Below are positions 55,123 to 64,000 of a stretch of DNA of 64,000 nt, one piece after another. The stretch spans positions 585 to 64,584 of the forward strand of contig JBKCGZ010000026.1 of the NCBI GenBank assembly GCA_046303115.1, written 5' to 3'. Each line of letters opens with the position of its first letter. The stretch's first letter is position 1. The position numbers and the translations under genes are program-made. Origin of the DNA: Bacteroidota bacterium. Lineage in GTDB: Bacteria; Bacteroidota; Bacteroidia; AKYH767-A; OLB10. The notes beneath the pieces were generated by a model, which saw only the letters and a program-made list of their open reading frames with translations, searched no databases and had not been told where the DNA came from.

Positions 55123-56343
55123 ATGAATCACCCAGGAAGTATCAATATAGCAGATTATACCTATGAGCTGCCAAATGAAAAGATTGCTGCTGCACCGACA
55201 TCCGATCGTGGAGATTCAAGGTTGTTGGTTTATAATAATGGGATGATTAATGATCAGATTTTTACTTCCATTAAGTCCTTTTTACCATCTCCATCTACGC
55301 TCGTTTTTAATAATACGAAAGTCGTTAAGGCCCGCCTATCATTTCAAAAAGATACAGGAGCTAATATCGAAGTCTTTTGCTTAGAGCCTCAAAAAGGAAT
55401 TACCGTTGAACAATCATTTGCTAAACGTGATACTACCAACTGGATTTGTATGATTGGTAATTCAAAAAGGTGGAAGGAAGAGGTTTTGAATTTGAAGGTG
55501 CTTGTTGCAAATACAGAAGTTGTTTTGTCTGCTACGCGTTTGGAAAACTACGGACAAGAATCGTTAATTCAATTTACATGGAATAATCCTGATTTTTCTT
55601 TCAGTGAGATTTTAGAAATAGCAGGCGAACTTCCATTGCCGCCTTATATGAATCGTACAGCAACTGCGGATGACCGTGTCCGTTATAATACTGTTTATGC
55701 TGTTTACGAAGGATCTGTTGCGGCTCCAACTGCAGGACTTCATTTTACCAATGAATTATTGCAGGATTTAACATCAAATGGTGTTGAAACGCTTGATGTT
55801 TTATTGCATGTAGGAGCGGGTACATTCAAACCCGTGAAGGCCGATAGTATGAAGGATCATGATATGCATGCAGAACGCATTAAGGTCAGCATAAATACTA
55901 TTGAGAAACTGAATCAACAAAAAAAGAATCGTAAGATAATTCCCGTAGGTACAACATCCACCCGAACACTTGAAAGTCTTTATTGGATGGGTGTTCAAAT
56001 TATTGAACATCGTCATCAAGCAGGTGATTTTTCAGTTAGCCAGTGGGAGCCTTATGAATCGAAAAATAATTTTACTGTTGATGAGGCATTGACTGCATTA
56101 ATCAATTATGCAAAGCAAAATGAATTAGATTTTATTGAAGGCTTTACGCAGATAATCATCGCTCCTGGTTATGAGTTTAAAATCATTGATGGTTTAATCA
56201 CCAATTTTCATCAGCCACAGAGTACATTGTTGTTATTAGTTGCAGCTTTAATTGGTAACGATTGGAGAAAAGTATACGAACATTCGTTACAAAACAATTA
56301 TCGTTTCCTAAGTTATGGCGATAGTTCTTTGCTGCTTCCTTAA
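55123..56343 (+). CDS. queA: S-adenosylmethionine:tRNA ribosyltransferase-isomerase
   Basis: 406 aa with 'YELPNEKIAAAPTSDRGDSRLLV', 'VAAPTAGLHFT', 'LHVGAGTF' and 'GTTS.RTLES'. Confidence 0.93.
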   Translation: MNHPGSINIADYTYELPNEKIAAAPTSDRGDSRLLVYNNGMINDQIFTSIKSFLPSPSTLVFNNTKVVKARLSFQKDTGANIEVFCLEPQKGITVEQSFAKRDTTNWICMIGNSKRWKEEVLNLKVLVANTEVVLSATRLENYGQESLIQFTWNNPDFSFSEILEIAGELPLPPYMNRTATADDRVRYNTVYAVYEGSVAAPTAGLHFTNELLQDLTSNGVETLDVLLHVGAGTFKPVKADSMKDHDMHAERIKVSINTIEKLNQQKKNRKIIPVGTTSTRTLESLYWMGVQIIEHRHQAGDFSVSQWEPYESKNNFTVDEALTALINYAKQNELDFIEGFTQIIIAPGYEFKIIDGLITNFHQPQSTLLLLVAALIGNDWRKVYEHSLQNNYRFLSYGDSSLLLP

Positions 56344-57765
56344 TTAGCATTCAGGTACGTTCACCGAAATATTTGTTGCGAGTCCTCCTTCGGAAGTTTC
56401 TTTGTATTTCGCACTCATATCCTTTGCTGTTTCCCACATGCTCTTAATCACATCTTCTAGGCTTACTCGAGCTGATAATGGATCGCTTTCTAAAGAAATA
56501 TTCGAAGCAGTGATAGCCTTAATAGCACCCATACTATTTCGTTCAATACAAGGAATCTGAACTAAACCACCAATAGGATCACACGTTAATCCGAGGTGAT
56601 GCTCCATTGCAATTTCTGCAGCCATTAATACTTGTCCTGGACTTGCACCTAAGCATTCAGCTAATGCAGCAGCAGCCATCGCACTGCTAACGCCAATCTC
56701 TGCCTGACAACCGCCCATCGCTGCACTAATCGTTGCATTCTTTTTAAACAGCGTTCCAATCTCACCAGCAGTAATGATAAATCGTACGATCTTATCTTCT
56801 GAAAAATCTTTCTCGAAACAATAAGCATACATCAATACAGCGGGAATCACACCTGCGGCACCGTTAGTAGGTGCAGTGATGATTCTTCCAAAAGAAGCAT
56901 TCTCTTCATTCACTGCTAAAGCAAAACAACTAATCCATTTGTTGACCGAATTAAAATCTTTCTCGCTTTTACGAATGCAATCAATCCATTCATCAACGTT
57001 GTTGTATTTTGCATGCGGCAATAGCTTGCTATTAATTTCTGCTGCACGACGTTTTACTTGTAATCCTCCAGGTAAAATTCCGTTTTTATGTGCACCACGA
57101 TAAATACAATCCTTAATTTCTTTCCAGATATGTAAGGCCTTTTCGATAATTTCTTCTCTCGTTCTCCACGCTTGCTCGTTTAAAAAAATCAAGTCGCTGA
57201 CCGATACATTTAATTGCTCGCAGTATGTTAATATCGAGTTAGCCATATGGCAAGGGTAGGGCGTAACAATCGCACTTTTGTTGATTGTGTTTGCTTCATC
57301 TGTTGCTACAAATCCACCACCAACAGAATAATAATTTCTTGAAATTACCTCCCCCGATTTTAAACTTGCTTCAAACACCAACGTATTCGGATGTTGAGGC
57401 ATGCTTTTATCTTTGTGAAATATAACGTCACGGATATACGAAAAGTCAATTACGTGCGTGTTGTTTAAATTTAACGTATTTCCGTTCTGGATGCCTTCGA
57501 ATTTTTCTGTAATGGTATTTGTGTCAATCGTAGTATAATCTTCTCCGCTTAATCCCATTAGCAAAGCTACGTCTGTTCCGTGTCCTTTGCCTGTTTTAGC
57601 AAGTGAACCATATAAGTGAGCTTTAACAGAAACTACTTCTTCTAACGGACTAAATTGTTGTATTCTTCGGATGAACATCCCCGAAGCAATCCATGGACCC
57701 ATCGTATGTGAACTCGATGGACCAATTCCAATTTTAATCATTTCAAAAGCACTGATACTTTCCAT
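56344..57765 (-). CDS. sdaA: L-serine ammonia-lyase (iron-sulfur dependent, single chain)
   Basis: 473 aa with 'IGIGPSSSHTMGP', 'GGCQAEIGVSSAMAAA' and 'LGLTCDPIGGLVQIPCIERN'. A TAGATTTG box on the minus strand lies at 57785-57792. Confidence 0.93.
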   Translation of the reverse strand: MESISAFEMIKIGIGPSSSHTMGPWIASGMFIRRIQQFSPLEEVVSVKAHLYGSLAKTGKGHGTDVALLMGLSGEDYTTIDTNTITEKFEGIQNGNTLNLNNTHVIDFSYIRDVIFHKDKSMPQHPNTLVFEASLKSGEVISRNYYSVGGGFVATDEANTINKSAIVTPYPCHMANSILTYCEQLNVSVSDLIFLNEQAWRTREEIIEKALHIWKEIKDCIYRGAHKNGILPGGLQVKRRAAEINSKLLPHAKYNNVDEWIDCIRKSEKDFNSVNKWISCFALAVNEENASFGRIITAPTNGAAGVIPAVLMYAYCFEKDFSEDKIVRFIITAGEIGTLFKKNATISAAMGGCQAEIGVSSAMAAAALAECLGASPGQVLMAAEIAMEHHLGLTCDPIGGLVQIPCIERNSMGAIKAITASNISLESDPLSARVSLEDVIKSMWETAKDMSAKYKETSEGGLATNISVNVPEC

Positions 57766-57807
57766 ATTCGATTTTATGCAATTGCAAATCTAATAGACTT
57801 GATTAAA

Positions 57808-59025
57808 TTATCTTCTATTAGGAGCTTGTTTTTTCTTCTGATGACGGAAATCTTTTTTCGCTCCTTCTGGTGGCGCTTCCGCCTTTTTCAAATGTGTAGA
57901 AGGATTCTTGTATTCAATCTTTTTTCCAATCAGTTTTTCAATATCGCGAAGGTATGCTTGCTCTTCAAAGTCACAAAGACTAATGGCAATTCCTGCTGCT
58001 CCCGCACGACCAGTTCTTCCTATACGATGAACATACGTCTCGGCTACATTGGGAATATCATAGTTGATTACGTGACTTAAATTATCGATGTCAATTCCTC
58101 TAGCTGCAATATCGGTAGCTACTAACACCCGCGACTGACCGCTCTTGAAACTATTCAATGCATTTTGTCGCTGGTTTTGCGATTTATCTCCGTGAATAGC
58201 ATCTGCCTTAATACCGTTCTTTTGTAAATGTCGTGCTACGCGATCTGCGCCATGCTTTGTTCGCGTAAATACAATTGCTGAAGTAATAGGCTGCTCTAAT
58301 AATAAATCAGAAAGGAAATCACGCTTGTCGCTTTTATTCACGAAGTATAATTCCTGTTTTACCAATTCAGCAGTCGATGAAACAGGTGTTACTTCAACAT
58401 ATTTTGGATTATTTAAAATTCGTTTCGCTAATTCAGCAATTTCCAGCGGCATCGTAGCCGAGAAAAATAAGGTCTGACGTTTTTCAGGAAGTTTCGCTAC
58501 CACTTTTTTTACATCATGAATGAATCCCATGTCTAACATTCGATCCGCTTCATCTAAAACAAAAAACTCAATATCGTTTAATGAGATGATGCGTTGATTC
58601 ATCAAGTCTAACAAACGGCCAGGCGTAGCCGTTAAAATATCAATTCCATTGCGCAAAGCCTGCGTCTGTGGTAACTGTGATACACCTCCAAAAATTACGG
58701 TATGTCTAATTGCCAAATGTCTTCCATACGCAGCAATGCTTTCATTAATCTGTATCGCTAACTCGCGCGTTGGAGTTAGTATTAAACAAGTGATTCCTTT
58801 TTTTCTTCCTTGCTGATGCATGAGCTGCAAGAGAGGAATGGAAAAGGCTGCTGTTTTACCTGTTCCAGTTTGAGCGCATCCTAATAAATCATCTTTGTTT
58901 AAAATGATAGGAATTGCTTTTTCCTGAATAGGTGTCGGTTTTGAATATCCTTCTTCGCGAAGTGATTGTAAAATAGGCTCAATTATATTGAGATTGTCGA
59001 AATTCATAGGTTGGGTTGACAACAA
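57808..59025 (-). CDS. DEAD-box ATP-dependent RNA helicase
   Basis: 405 aa with a Q-motif, 'AQTGTGKT', 'PTRELA', '[13 protein letters not shown]', 'SAT' and '[10 protein letters not shown]'. The C-tail is basic. Confidence 0.93.
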   Translation of the reverse strand: MLSTQPMNFDNLNIIEPILQSLREEGYSKPTPIQEKAIPIILNKDDLLGCAQTGTGKTAAFSIPLLQLMHQQGRKKGITCLILTPTRELAIQINESIAAYGRHLAIRHTVIFGGVSQLPQTQALRNGIDILTATPGRLLDLMNQRIISLNDIEFFVLDEADRMLDMGFIHDVKKVVAKLPEKRQTLFFSATMPLEIAELAKRILNNPKYVEVTPVSSTAELVKQELYFVNKSDKRDFLSDLLLEQPITSAIVFTRTKHGADRVARHLQKNGIKADAIHGDKSQNQRQNALNSFKSGQSRVLVATDIAARGIDIDNLSHVINYDIPNVAETYVHRIGRTGRAGAAGIAISLCDFEEQAYLRDIEKLIGKKIEYKNPSTHLKKAEAPPEGAKKDFRHQKKKQAPNRR

Positions 59026-59796
59026 TTAACGTTGTGCTTGTAAAAATGAAACTAAATAGTAGAGTGAACTGATGATCAACAATGTTTTTATCCACAATTT
59101 TTGATTATAGGTGGAGAGTGGATAATAGAAGTTGAGTAAAAGTAAAATCAGGTTAATGATTAATGCTGGCGTAAAGTTACTTACAATATTGTCGGGAACC
59201 ACTACTTTATTCTGAATTGTTCTAATTTCTTTCATCGAATGCAAAATTGGCGTTTCACCTATCATAATCAGATTATTCGTCTCTAAACCTTCAATTTCAG
59301 TATCACTCATAATTTCAATTTTACGCTGATCTGTTTGTATGGTATAATAGAGTTGATCGTCGGTAGTAACGTTGGTTTTGATGATTTTCTCGACGCTAAT
59401 TTTTGTTCCTATAAATTGGTCGGTTAACAAAAAGAGGGTAATCAGCAATAGAACATAAGAAGCATTTTTGCCCCAATAAATCTCGTGTATTGACTTGTTT
59501 TTCTCTTCTTCCTCTAGTTTTTGCTTCCATTCCTGATAACGCATACGTGCCTGAGCTCTGGCTTTCTCTCGTAAAATAGCTTCGTAATCAATAGCAGGTT
59601 GCTGATAATTATGTCTTCCTTCTCGAAAGTCGATAATACGATGATAAGCCTCTGTAATTTTTCGGAATTGATCGGCTGCATCAGGACTATCATTTACATC
59701 TGGATGGAATTCTTTGGCTTTCAGACGATAGGCTTTTTTTATCTCTGCCATCGAAGCGGATGAACTAATTCCTAATGTTTGAAAATCGTTGAGCAT
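59026..59796 (-). CDS. J-domain (DnaJ-like) membrane protein
   Basis: 256 aa. It has an N-terminal J domain ('AEIKKAYRLKAKEFHPDVN') followed by TM helices. Its stop abuts the helicase start with no gap. Confidence 0.8.
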   Translation of the reverse strand: MLNDFQTLGISSSASMAEIKKAYRLKAKEFHPDVNDSPDAADQFRKITEAYHRIIDFREGRHNYQQPAIDYEAILREKARAQARMRYQEWKQKLEEEEKNKSIHEIYWGKNASYVLLLITLFLLTDQFIGTKISVEKIIKTNVTTDDQLYYTIQTDQRKIEIMSDTEIEGLETNNLIMIGETPILHSMKEIRTIQNKVVVPDNIVSNFTPALIINLILLLLNFYYPLSTYNQKLWIKTLLIISSLYYLVSFLQAQR

Positions 59797-59868
59797 AGCC
59801 GTAATTTGACAAAATACCTTTTATCAAAGATGTTGTCTTTATTGGTACTTTTGCAAAAGTAAACGAAT

Positions 59869-60768
59869 ATGAATATCCTGAATTATCTCCTCTACTATTT
59901 TATCATTTTACCAATTGCATGCCTTCCTTTTAGGGTGCTTTATTTTTTGTCGGATGTGTTGTTTTTAGTGTTTTTTCATCTTGCGGGATATCGTAAGAAG
60001 GTGGTGTTGCGAAATATTGCCAATTCATTTCCTGAATTATCGAAAGAAGAGCATAATCGCATCGCATCAAAATTTTATCGTCACTTCTGCGATGTAATGG
60101 TGGAGACATTCAAGTCTTTCGCAATTACCAAAGAAGAATTGTTAAAACGAAATAAACTGACCAATCCTGAATTAATCAATCAGTATTTTGAAAAGGGACA
60201 AAGCGTGATTTTAGCTGGAGGTCATTATAATAATTGGGAGTGGGTGGCAACTGGAATGGATTATCAGGTGAAGCATCAGGTGATTGCAATCTATAAGGCC
60301 TTATCGAACAAATTCTTCGATGAGAAAGTGTTGAAGTCGAGAAGTAATTTCGGTTTGCAAATGATCAGTACTAAGCGCGTGGCAGAGGTATTTGATAATA
60401 ACAAAAACGATTTGACCGCAACAATCTTCGCTATTGATCAAAGTCCATCGAATCCTCGTAAAGCCTATTGGATGCAGTTTTTAAATCAAGAAACTGCTTG
60501 CTTTTATGGCACAGAGAAATATGCGCGTCAGTATAATATGCCTGTGTTGTTTGGTTCTGTGAAAAAAGTATCCCGTGGGCATTATGAGTATAGTTTTTCG
60601 GTTGTAACTGAAAATCCCGCATCCGAAGAAAAAGGATTTATAACGAAAAAGACTAATTTGATTTTAGAAAACGATATCTTGCAAGCTCCTGAATTTTGGT
60701 TGTGGACGCATAAACGATGGAAGCATCAACGTCCCGAAGGAATTCAGATGGAAACAGTATTCGAATAA
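59869..60768 (+). CDS. lipid A biosynthesis (Kdo2-lipid IVA) acyltransferase, LpxL/HtrB family
   Basis: 299 aa with an N-terminal TM helix and a 'GGHYNNWEW' Hx4(D/E)-type motif. A TACTTTTG box lies at 59846-59853. Confidence 0.8.
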   Translation: MNILNYLLYYFIILPIACLPFRVLYFLSDVLFLVFFHLAGYRKKVVLRNIANSFPELSKEEHNRIASKFYRHFCDVMVETFKSFAITKEELLKRNKLTNPELINQYFEKGQSVILAGGHYNNWEWVATGMDYQVKHQVIAIYKALSNKFFDEKVLKSRSNFGLQMISTKRVAEVFDNNKNDLTATIFAIDQSPSNPRKAYWMQFLNQETACFYGTEKYARQYNMPVLFGSVKKVSRGHYEYSFSVVTENPASEEKGFITKKTNLILENDILQAPEFWLWTHKRWKHQRPEGIQMETVFE

Positions 60769-60774
60769 AAAATA

Positions 60775-61563
60775 ATGCTACACTTTAAGAAGTTTGATTT
60801 AAATGAAAATACCGATTGGGTCGTGTTTGTACATGGCGCAGGTGGTAGTTCTTCTATTTGGCATAAACAGCTTAAAGCATTCAGCGAAAAGTTTAATGTG
60901 TTGATTGTTGATTTACGCGGACACGGAAAATCAAAGCATGTAAAGTTTAAGCTGGATAAGAAATACACTTTCGAAAAAGTAAGTAAGGATGTGCTTGAAG
61001 TGTTAGATCATTTAAAGATTCAGAAAGCACATTTCGTTGGAATATCGCTCGGTACACTAATCATCCGAATGATAGGAGAGATGCAACCAGAACGCATCAA
61101 AACATTGATTATGGGTGGTGCTATAACCCGACTGAATATCCGTTCTCGATTTTTGGTATGGTTCGGTAATCGAATGAAATCGATTGTGCCGTATATCTGG
61201 CTTTATTCGTTCTTCGCTTGGATCATCATGCCTCGTAAGCGTCATGCAGAATCACGAAAGTTTTTTATCAGCGAGGCAAGAAAGTTATATCAAAAAGAAT
61301 TTTTACGTTGGTATAAATTAACAGCAGAGTTAAATCCACTGTTACGATTTATTCGAGAGAAAGAAACGGGTTTGCCAATTTTATATGTGATGGGTTCCGA
61401 AGATTATATGTTCTTAGAGCCTGTTAAACGAATGGTGACCATGCATAAAAATTCCTTCTTAGAAATTTTAGATAACTGCGGTCACGTAGTGAATATGGAT
61501 CAGTCGGATGCTTTTAATAGAGTCGCTATTGATTTTATTAATCGCGACGGACAGGTTGCTTAA
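60775..61563 (+). CDS. alpha/beta-fold hydrolase
   Basis: 262 aa with 'VVFVHGAGGSS', the nucleophile elbow 'HFVGISLGT' and a C-terminal 'CGHVVNMD'. Confidence 0.85.
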   Translation: MLHFKKFDLNENTDWVVFVHGAGGSSSIWHKQLKAFSEKFNVLIVDLRGHGKSKHVKFKLDKKYTFEKVSKDVLEVLDHLKIQKAHFVGISLGTLIIRMIGEMQPERIKTLIMGGAITRLNIRSRFLVWFGNRMKSIVPYIWLYSFFAWIIMPRKRHAESRKFFISEARKLYQKEFLRWYKLTAELNPLLRFIREKETGLPILYVMGSEDYMFLEPVKRMVTMHKNSFLEILDNCGHVVNMDQSDAFNRVAIDFINRDGQVA

Positions 61564-62698
61564 GCAATTCACCAATCGCTGCTTTCATAAATACCATCGT
61601 TGGAAATACACGAAGAATTTTTAAATCTTCCAACATCGAAGTTTCTTCACTTAAAAATTTCAATGGTAAATAAGCAGGAAGCTTTCTGAACATACAATTG
61701 AATAAATAAAAAGCCGGAACTTTTTTCTCTCGCAATACTCTCAAAAATACATCATCATAAAATTGAAATCTACCTTTGCTCTTCGGATTGTAATTACTCA
61801 AGGTCGGATGTTTTTTCAAGTGAGCAATTAACTGTTTCGACTCTTCTTGTATAAAGTGAAAAGTAAATCCAGTTGATGCTTTACTCGCGCCGCCATTAGT
61901 GCCGATATTGAAAACATGCGGATTGATTTTCTTGATGAATGGCTGATTGTACATCGGAATAACACCAAATTCTTCTTCTGTAACTTTGAATGGGTGGTAT
62001 TTTAATTTTTCGTCGATGTAATTGTTTAACTCCGTTTCGTATTCTTCTTTCTCCAATAAATTTTCCGAAAAAACAGTAAACTCCATTAAGGCTTTTGTTT
62101 TACTAACGGGTAGGATATACATAAACCGACATTCATTATGTTGGTCGATGGTAAAGTCCATTAAAGTAGCAACACCTTCTTCAAAATAAGGTTGTTCTGT
62201 TTCTATAAACTTACCTTTGAAATGCTGTAAAAAATAATGATATCGCGATTCGTCTTTGTTTAAAAACTGAATGGAACTATTGAAAATAATATTTCCAGTA
62301 TATCTTCCATCTAGAGTAATAACTTTATTGTTTTCAAAATTCAAAATCATGTCTTGCACAAAATGAATATGGCTATTTTGTGAAATAATTTGATTGCAAT
62401 ATTGATAAAACCCTTGTGAGCGAATCATTTTATACTTGTAAGGCTGCGGATTTAATTTTGCATCATAACCCGGAGAAGCAAAGCGGATTTTATCCCACGT
62501 TTTTACAACGCATGATTCAAACAAACCTTCTTTCTCTTCCCAAAAACACCACGTGCGATCGTTATGCTCTTTTTTGTCTTTATCAATCACCAACACTTTT
62601 TTATCTCGCAAAAGTCCTTCTTGTTGCATACGCACCAACAAACTAAGCGCAGCTGCGCCACCTCCTGCAAAAATGTAATCGTAGTGATTGTCCGACAT
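61538..62698 (-). CDS. lycopene cyclase family protein (CrtY-like)
   Basis: 386 aa with an N-terminal FAD fold 'YDYIFAGGGAAALSL'. Length and the 'FLQHFKG', 'GTNGGASKASTGF' pattern fit lycopene beta-cyclase-type flavoproteins. It overlaps the hydrolase 3' end by 26 nt. Confidence 0.7.
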   Translation of the reverse strand: MSDNHYDYIFAGGGAAALSLLVRMQQEGLLRDKKVLVIDKDKKEHNDRTWCFWEEKEGLFESCVVKTWDKIRFASPGYDAKLNPQPYKYKMIRSQGFYQYCNQIISQNSHIHFVQDMILNFENNKVITLDGRYTGNIIFNSSIQFLNKDESRYHYFLQHFKGKFIETEQPYFEEGVATLMDFTIDQHNECRFMYILPVSKTKALMEFTVFSENLLEKEEYETELNNYIDEKLKYHPFKVTEEEFGVIPMYNQPFIKKINPHVFNIGTNGGASKASTGFTFHFIQEESKQLIAHLKKHPTLSNYNPKSKGRFQFYDDVFLRVLREKKVPAFYLFNCMFRKLPAYLPLKFLSEETSMLEDLKILRVFPTMVFMKAAIGELLKQPVRRD

Positions 62699-62707
62699 GC
62701 TTAATTA

Positions 62708-63232
62708 TTAAAATGTATCCTTATAAAGTTGAATCGCATCATTGATAATACCTAATGCTTTTTCTTTATTTAGAAATTCTTCTACTACAACTTTCTTCTT
62801 CTCTAAAAGTTTATAATCTTCAAAAAATCTTCTGATTTCAATAGTAGTATGAGGAGGTAGTTCAGAAATATCGTTAATGTAGTTGACTGATTCATCATGA
62901 AGTGCAACTGCAATAATCTTATCATCCATCTCGCCTTGATCCACCATGCGCATTACACCGATTACTTTCGCTTCTACGAGACATAAATGAGGGAGCTCAA
63001 GTGAAGTAATGACAAGAATATCCAACGGGTCCTTATCATCGGCATAGGTCTTTGGAATAAATCCATAATTAGCAGGGTAGTGCACAGCAGAAAATAAAGC
63101 GCGATCTAATTTGATCAATCCACTTTCTTTATCGATTTCATATTTTCCTTTACTTCCCTTCGGGATTTCAATAATCGCTTTTACAATTTCAGGAGCTTTA
63201 TCTCCAAAGTGTACATCGTGCCAAGGATTCAT
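62708..63232 (-). CDS. ppa: inorganic diphosphatase (family I)
   Basis: 174 aa with '[18 protein letters not shown]', 'YGFIP.TY..D.DPLD' and 'DDKIIAV'. Confidence 0.95.
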   Translation of the reverse strand: MNPWHDVHFGDKAPEIVKAIIEIPKGSKGKYEIDKESGLIKLDRALFSAVHYPANYGFIPKTYADDKDPLDILVITSLELPHLCLVEAKVIGVMRMVDQGEMDDKIIAVALHDESVNYINDISELPPHTTIEIRRFFEDYKLLEKKKVVVEEFLNKEKALGIINDAIQLYKDTF

Positions 63233-63261
63233 AAAAAATAATTTTAGTAAATATAGTAATT

Positions 63262-63291
63262 AAAAAACCCAGACGTTTATTGGGTCTGGGT
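63262..63291 (-). terminator. rho-independent terminator after the ABC-F gene
   Basis: Stem acccagac / gtctgggt with a 9-nt loop. A T-run follows on the minus strand. Confidence 0.75.
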
Positions 63292-63298
63292 GATAAGT

Positions 63299-64000
63299 TT
63301 ATGCGTTCACTAATTCTGGATACATGGATACTCGCAGTGCTTTGACATTTTCATCTGCTAGATATTCATCGTAAGTCATGCGTTTATCAATGATTCCCGA
63401 AGGCGTTAATTCAATAATTCTATTAGCCACACTCTCTACATACGTATGGTCATGAGAGGTAAACAAAGCAACGTGCTTCCAGTCTTTCAATGCATCGTTG
63501 AATGCTGTGATTGATTCGAGGTCGAGGTGATTCGTTGGTTCGTCTAATACAAGGCAATTTGCATTCGTTAACATCATTCTTGAAATCATACAACGCACTT
63601 TTTCTCCTCCGCTCAATACATTCGATTTTTTCATTACCTCTTCTCCTGAGAAAAGCATTTTTCCAAGGAAGCCACGAATATAGGTTTCTGATTTATCAGC
63701 TGAGAATTGACGCAACCAATCTACTAAGTTATATTCACCTGTGAAGAACTTTGAGTTTTCATTCGGTAAGAAAGAACGCGTAATCGTGCTTCCCCAATTG
63801 TATTCACCGCTATCGGCATTTTCTTCTCCCATAACGATGTTTAAGAAAGAGGTCACCGCTAATGGCTCTCGCGATAAGAAGGCTACTTTATCGCCTTTCA
63901 CCATCGTAAAGGTGATGTCAGAGAATAAAGTTGTACCATCAGGAGTTGATTTCTTCAAGCCTTCTACATTTAAAATCTGATCGCCACAATCGCGTTCCGC
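63299..64000 (-). CDS. ABC-F family ATPase, C-terminal part (5' end outside window)
   Basis: The frame stays open past the listed TTG to the window edge (AERDCGDQILNVEGLKK...). It has the ABC signature 'LSGGEKVR' and Walker B 'LVLDEPTNHLD'. Confidence 0.9.
   Translation of the reverse strand, partial: AERDCGDQILNVEGLKKSTPDGTTLFSDITFTMVKGDKVAFLSREPLAVTSFLNIVMGEENADSGEYNWGSTITRSFLPNENSKFFTGEYNLVDWLRQFSADKSETYIRGFLGKMLFSGEEVMKKSNVLSGGEKVRCMISRMMLTNANCLVLDEPTNHLDLESITAFNDALKDWKHVALFTSHDHTYVESVANRIIELTPSGIIDKRMTYDEYLADENVKALRVSMYPELVNA

Noticed and set aside
60775-62698. A lycopene-cyclase-like gene considered as evidence for a carotenoid biosynthesis cluster
   Set aside because: No phytoene synthase, desaturase or hydroxylase is adjacent. 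The neighbours are a hydrolase, a lipid A acyltransferase and ppa. It is reported only as a single family call.
63299-63958. ABC-F ORF considered as starting at TTG 63958
   Set aside because: The frame remains open to the window edge and the upstream residues (…ILNVEGLKK…) belong to the same ABC domain. The gene is simply truncated by the window.
1-64000. I looked for hallmark defence or mobile genes: restriction-modification, toxin-antitoxin pairs, Abi, nucleases, STAND/AAA ATPases, SIR2/TIR, Cas genes, reverse transcriptase, integrase and transposase.
   Set aside because: None of the ~57 ORFs shows motifs I can assign to these classes. Nearly all ORFs are housekeeping, envelope or secreted-enzyme genes. 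The only phage-flavoured gene is the solitary Bro-N protein.
1-64000. Search for tRNA, rRNA, tmRNA, RNase P, SRP RNA and common riboswitches in intergenic regions
   Set aside because: Spacers are mostly under 130 nt, and the two near 300 nt lack the conserved cores I know (T-loop GTTCGAATC, SRP, TPP, cobalamin, SAM or preQ1 motifs). Nothing could be supported by eye, so an Infernal/tRNAscan run is still advisable.

Overview
This is a dense, low-GC chromosomal segment that looks like Bacteroidota, probably Flavobacteriia- or Cytophagia-like. The evidence is five proteins with type IX secretion (T9SS) C-terminal sorting domains, many lipoproteins and OmpA-type proteins, TAnnTTTG '-7' promoter boxes and almost no Shine-Dalgarno sequences. 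I call 57 protein-coding genes (two cut by the window edges), 8 rho-independent terminators and a set of candidate promoters. By eye I found no rRNA, tRNA, CRISPR array, transposase, integrase or recognisable defence gene. Most content is housekeeping: thrS-infC-rpmI-rplT, typA, lpxD, rnhB, queA, sdaA, ppa, folK plus a deoxynucleoside kinase, several secreted peptidases (S9B, M61, M13), a five-gene operon led by an acyl-CoA carboxylase beta subunit, and a Wzx/Wzz/Wzy-type trio. The most system-like and least understood block is 13.6-18.0 kb. It holds a type-B T9SS surface protein, then two tandem MbnP-like lipoproteins, then an MbnH/MauG-like di-haem peroxidase. Other items worth a second look: (1) a recurrent TAnnTTTG-N4-ATG architecture at five genes that implies leaderless mRNAs; (2) a four-Cys Rrf2 regulator paired with an uncharacterised FAD/NAD(P) oxidoreductase; (3) an isolated GC-rich three-hairpin element in an AT-rich spacer; (4) an orphan Bro-N gene; (5) an 884-aa membrane-anchored orphan behind a ~95% AT tract; (6) an ATA-initiated infC; (7) a Cys-to-Ala alkyltransferase-like protein. 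I do not see compelling evidence for a wholly new multi-gene system such as a defence island. All family assignments come from motif recognition by eye and need HMM/BLAST confirmation. Hand-located motif coordinates may be off by 1-2 nt.
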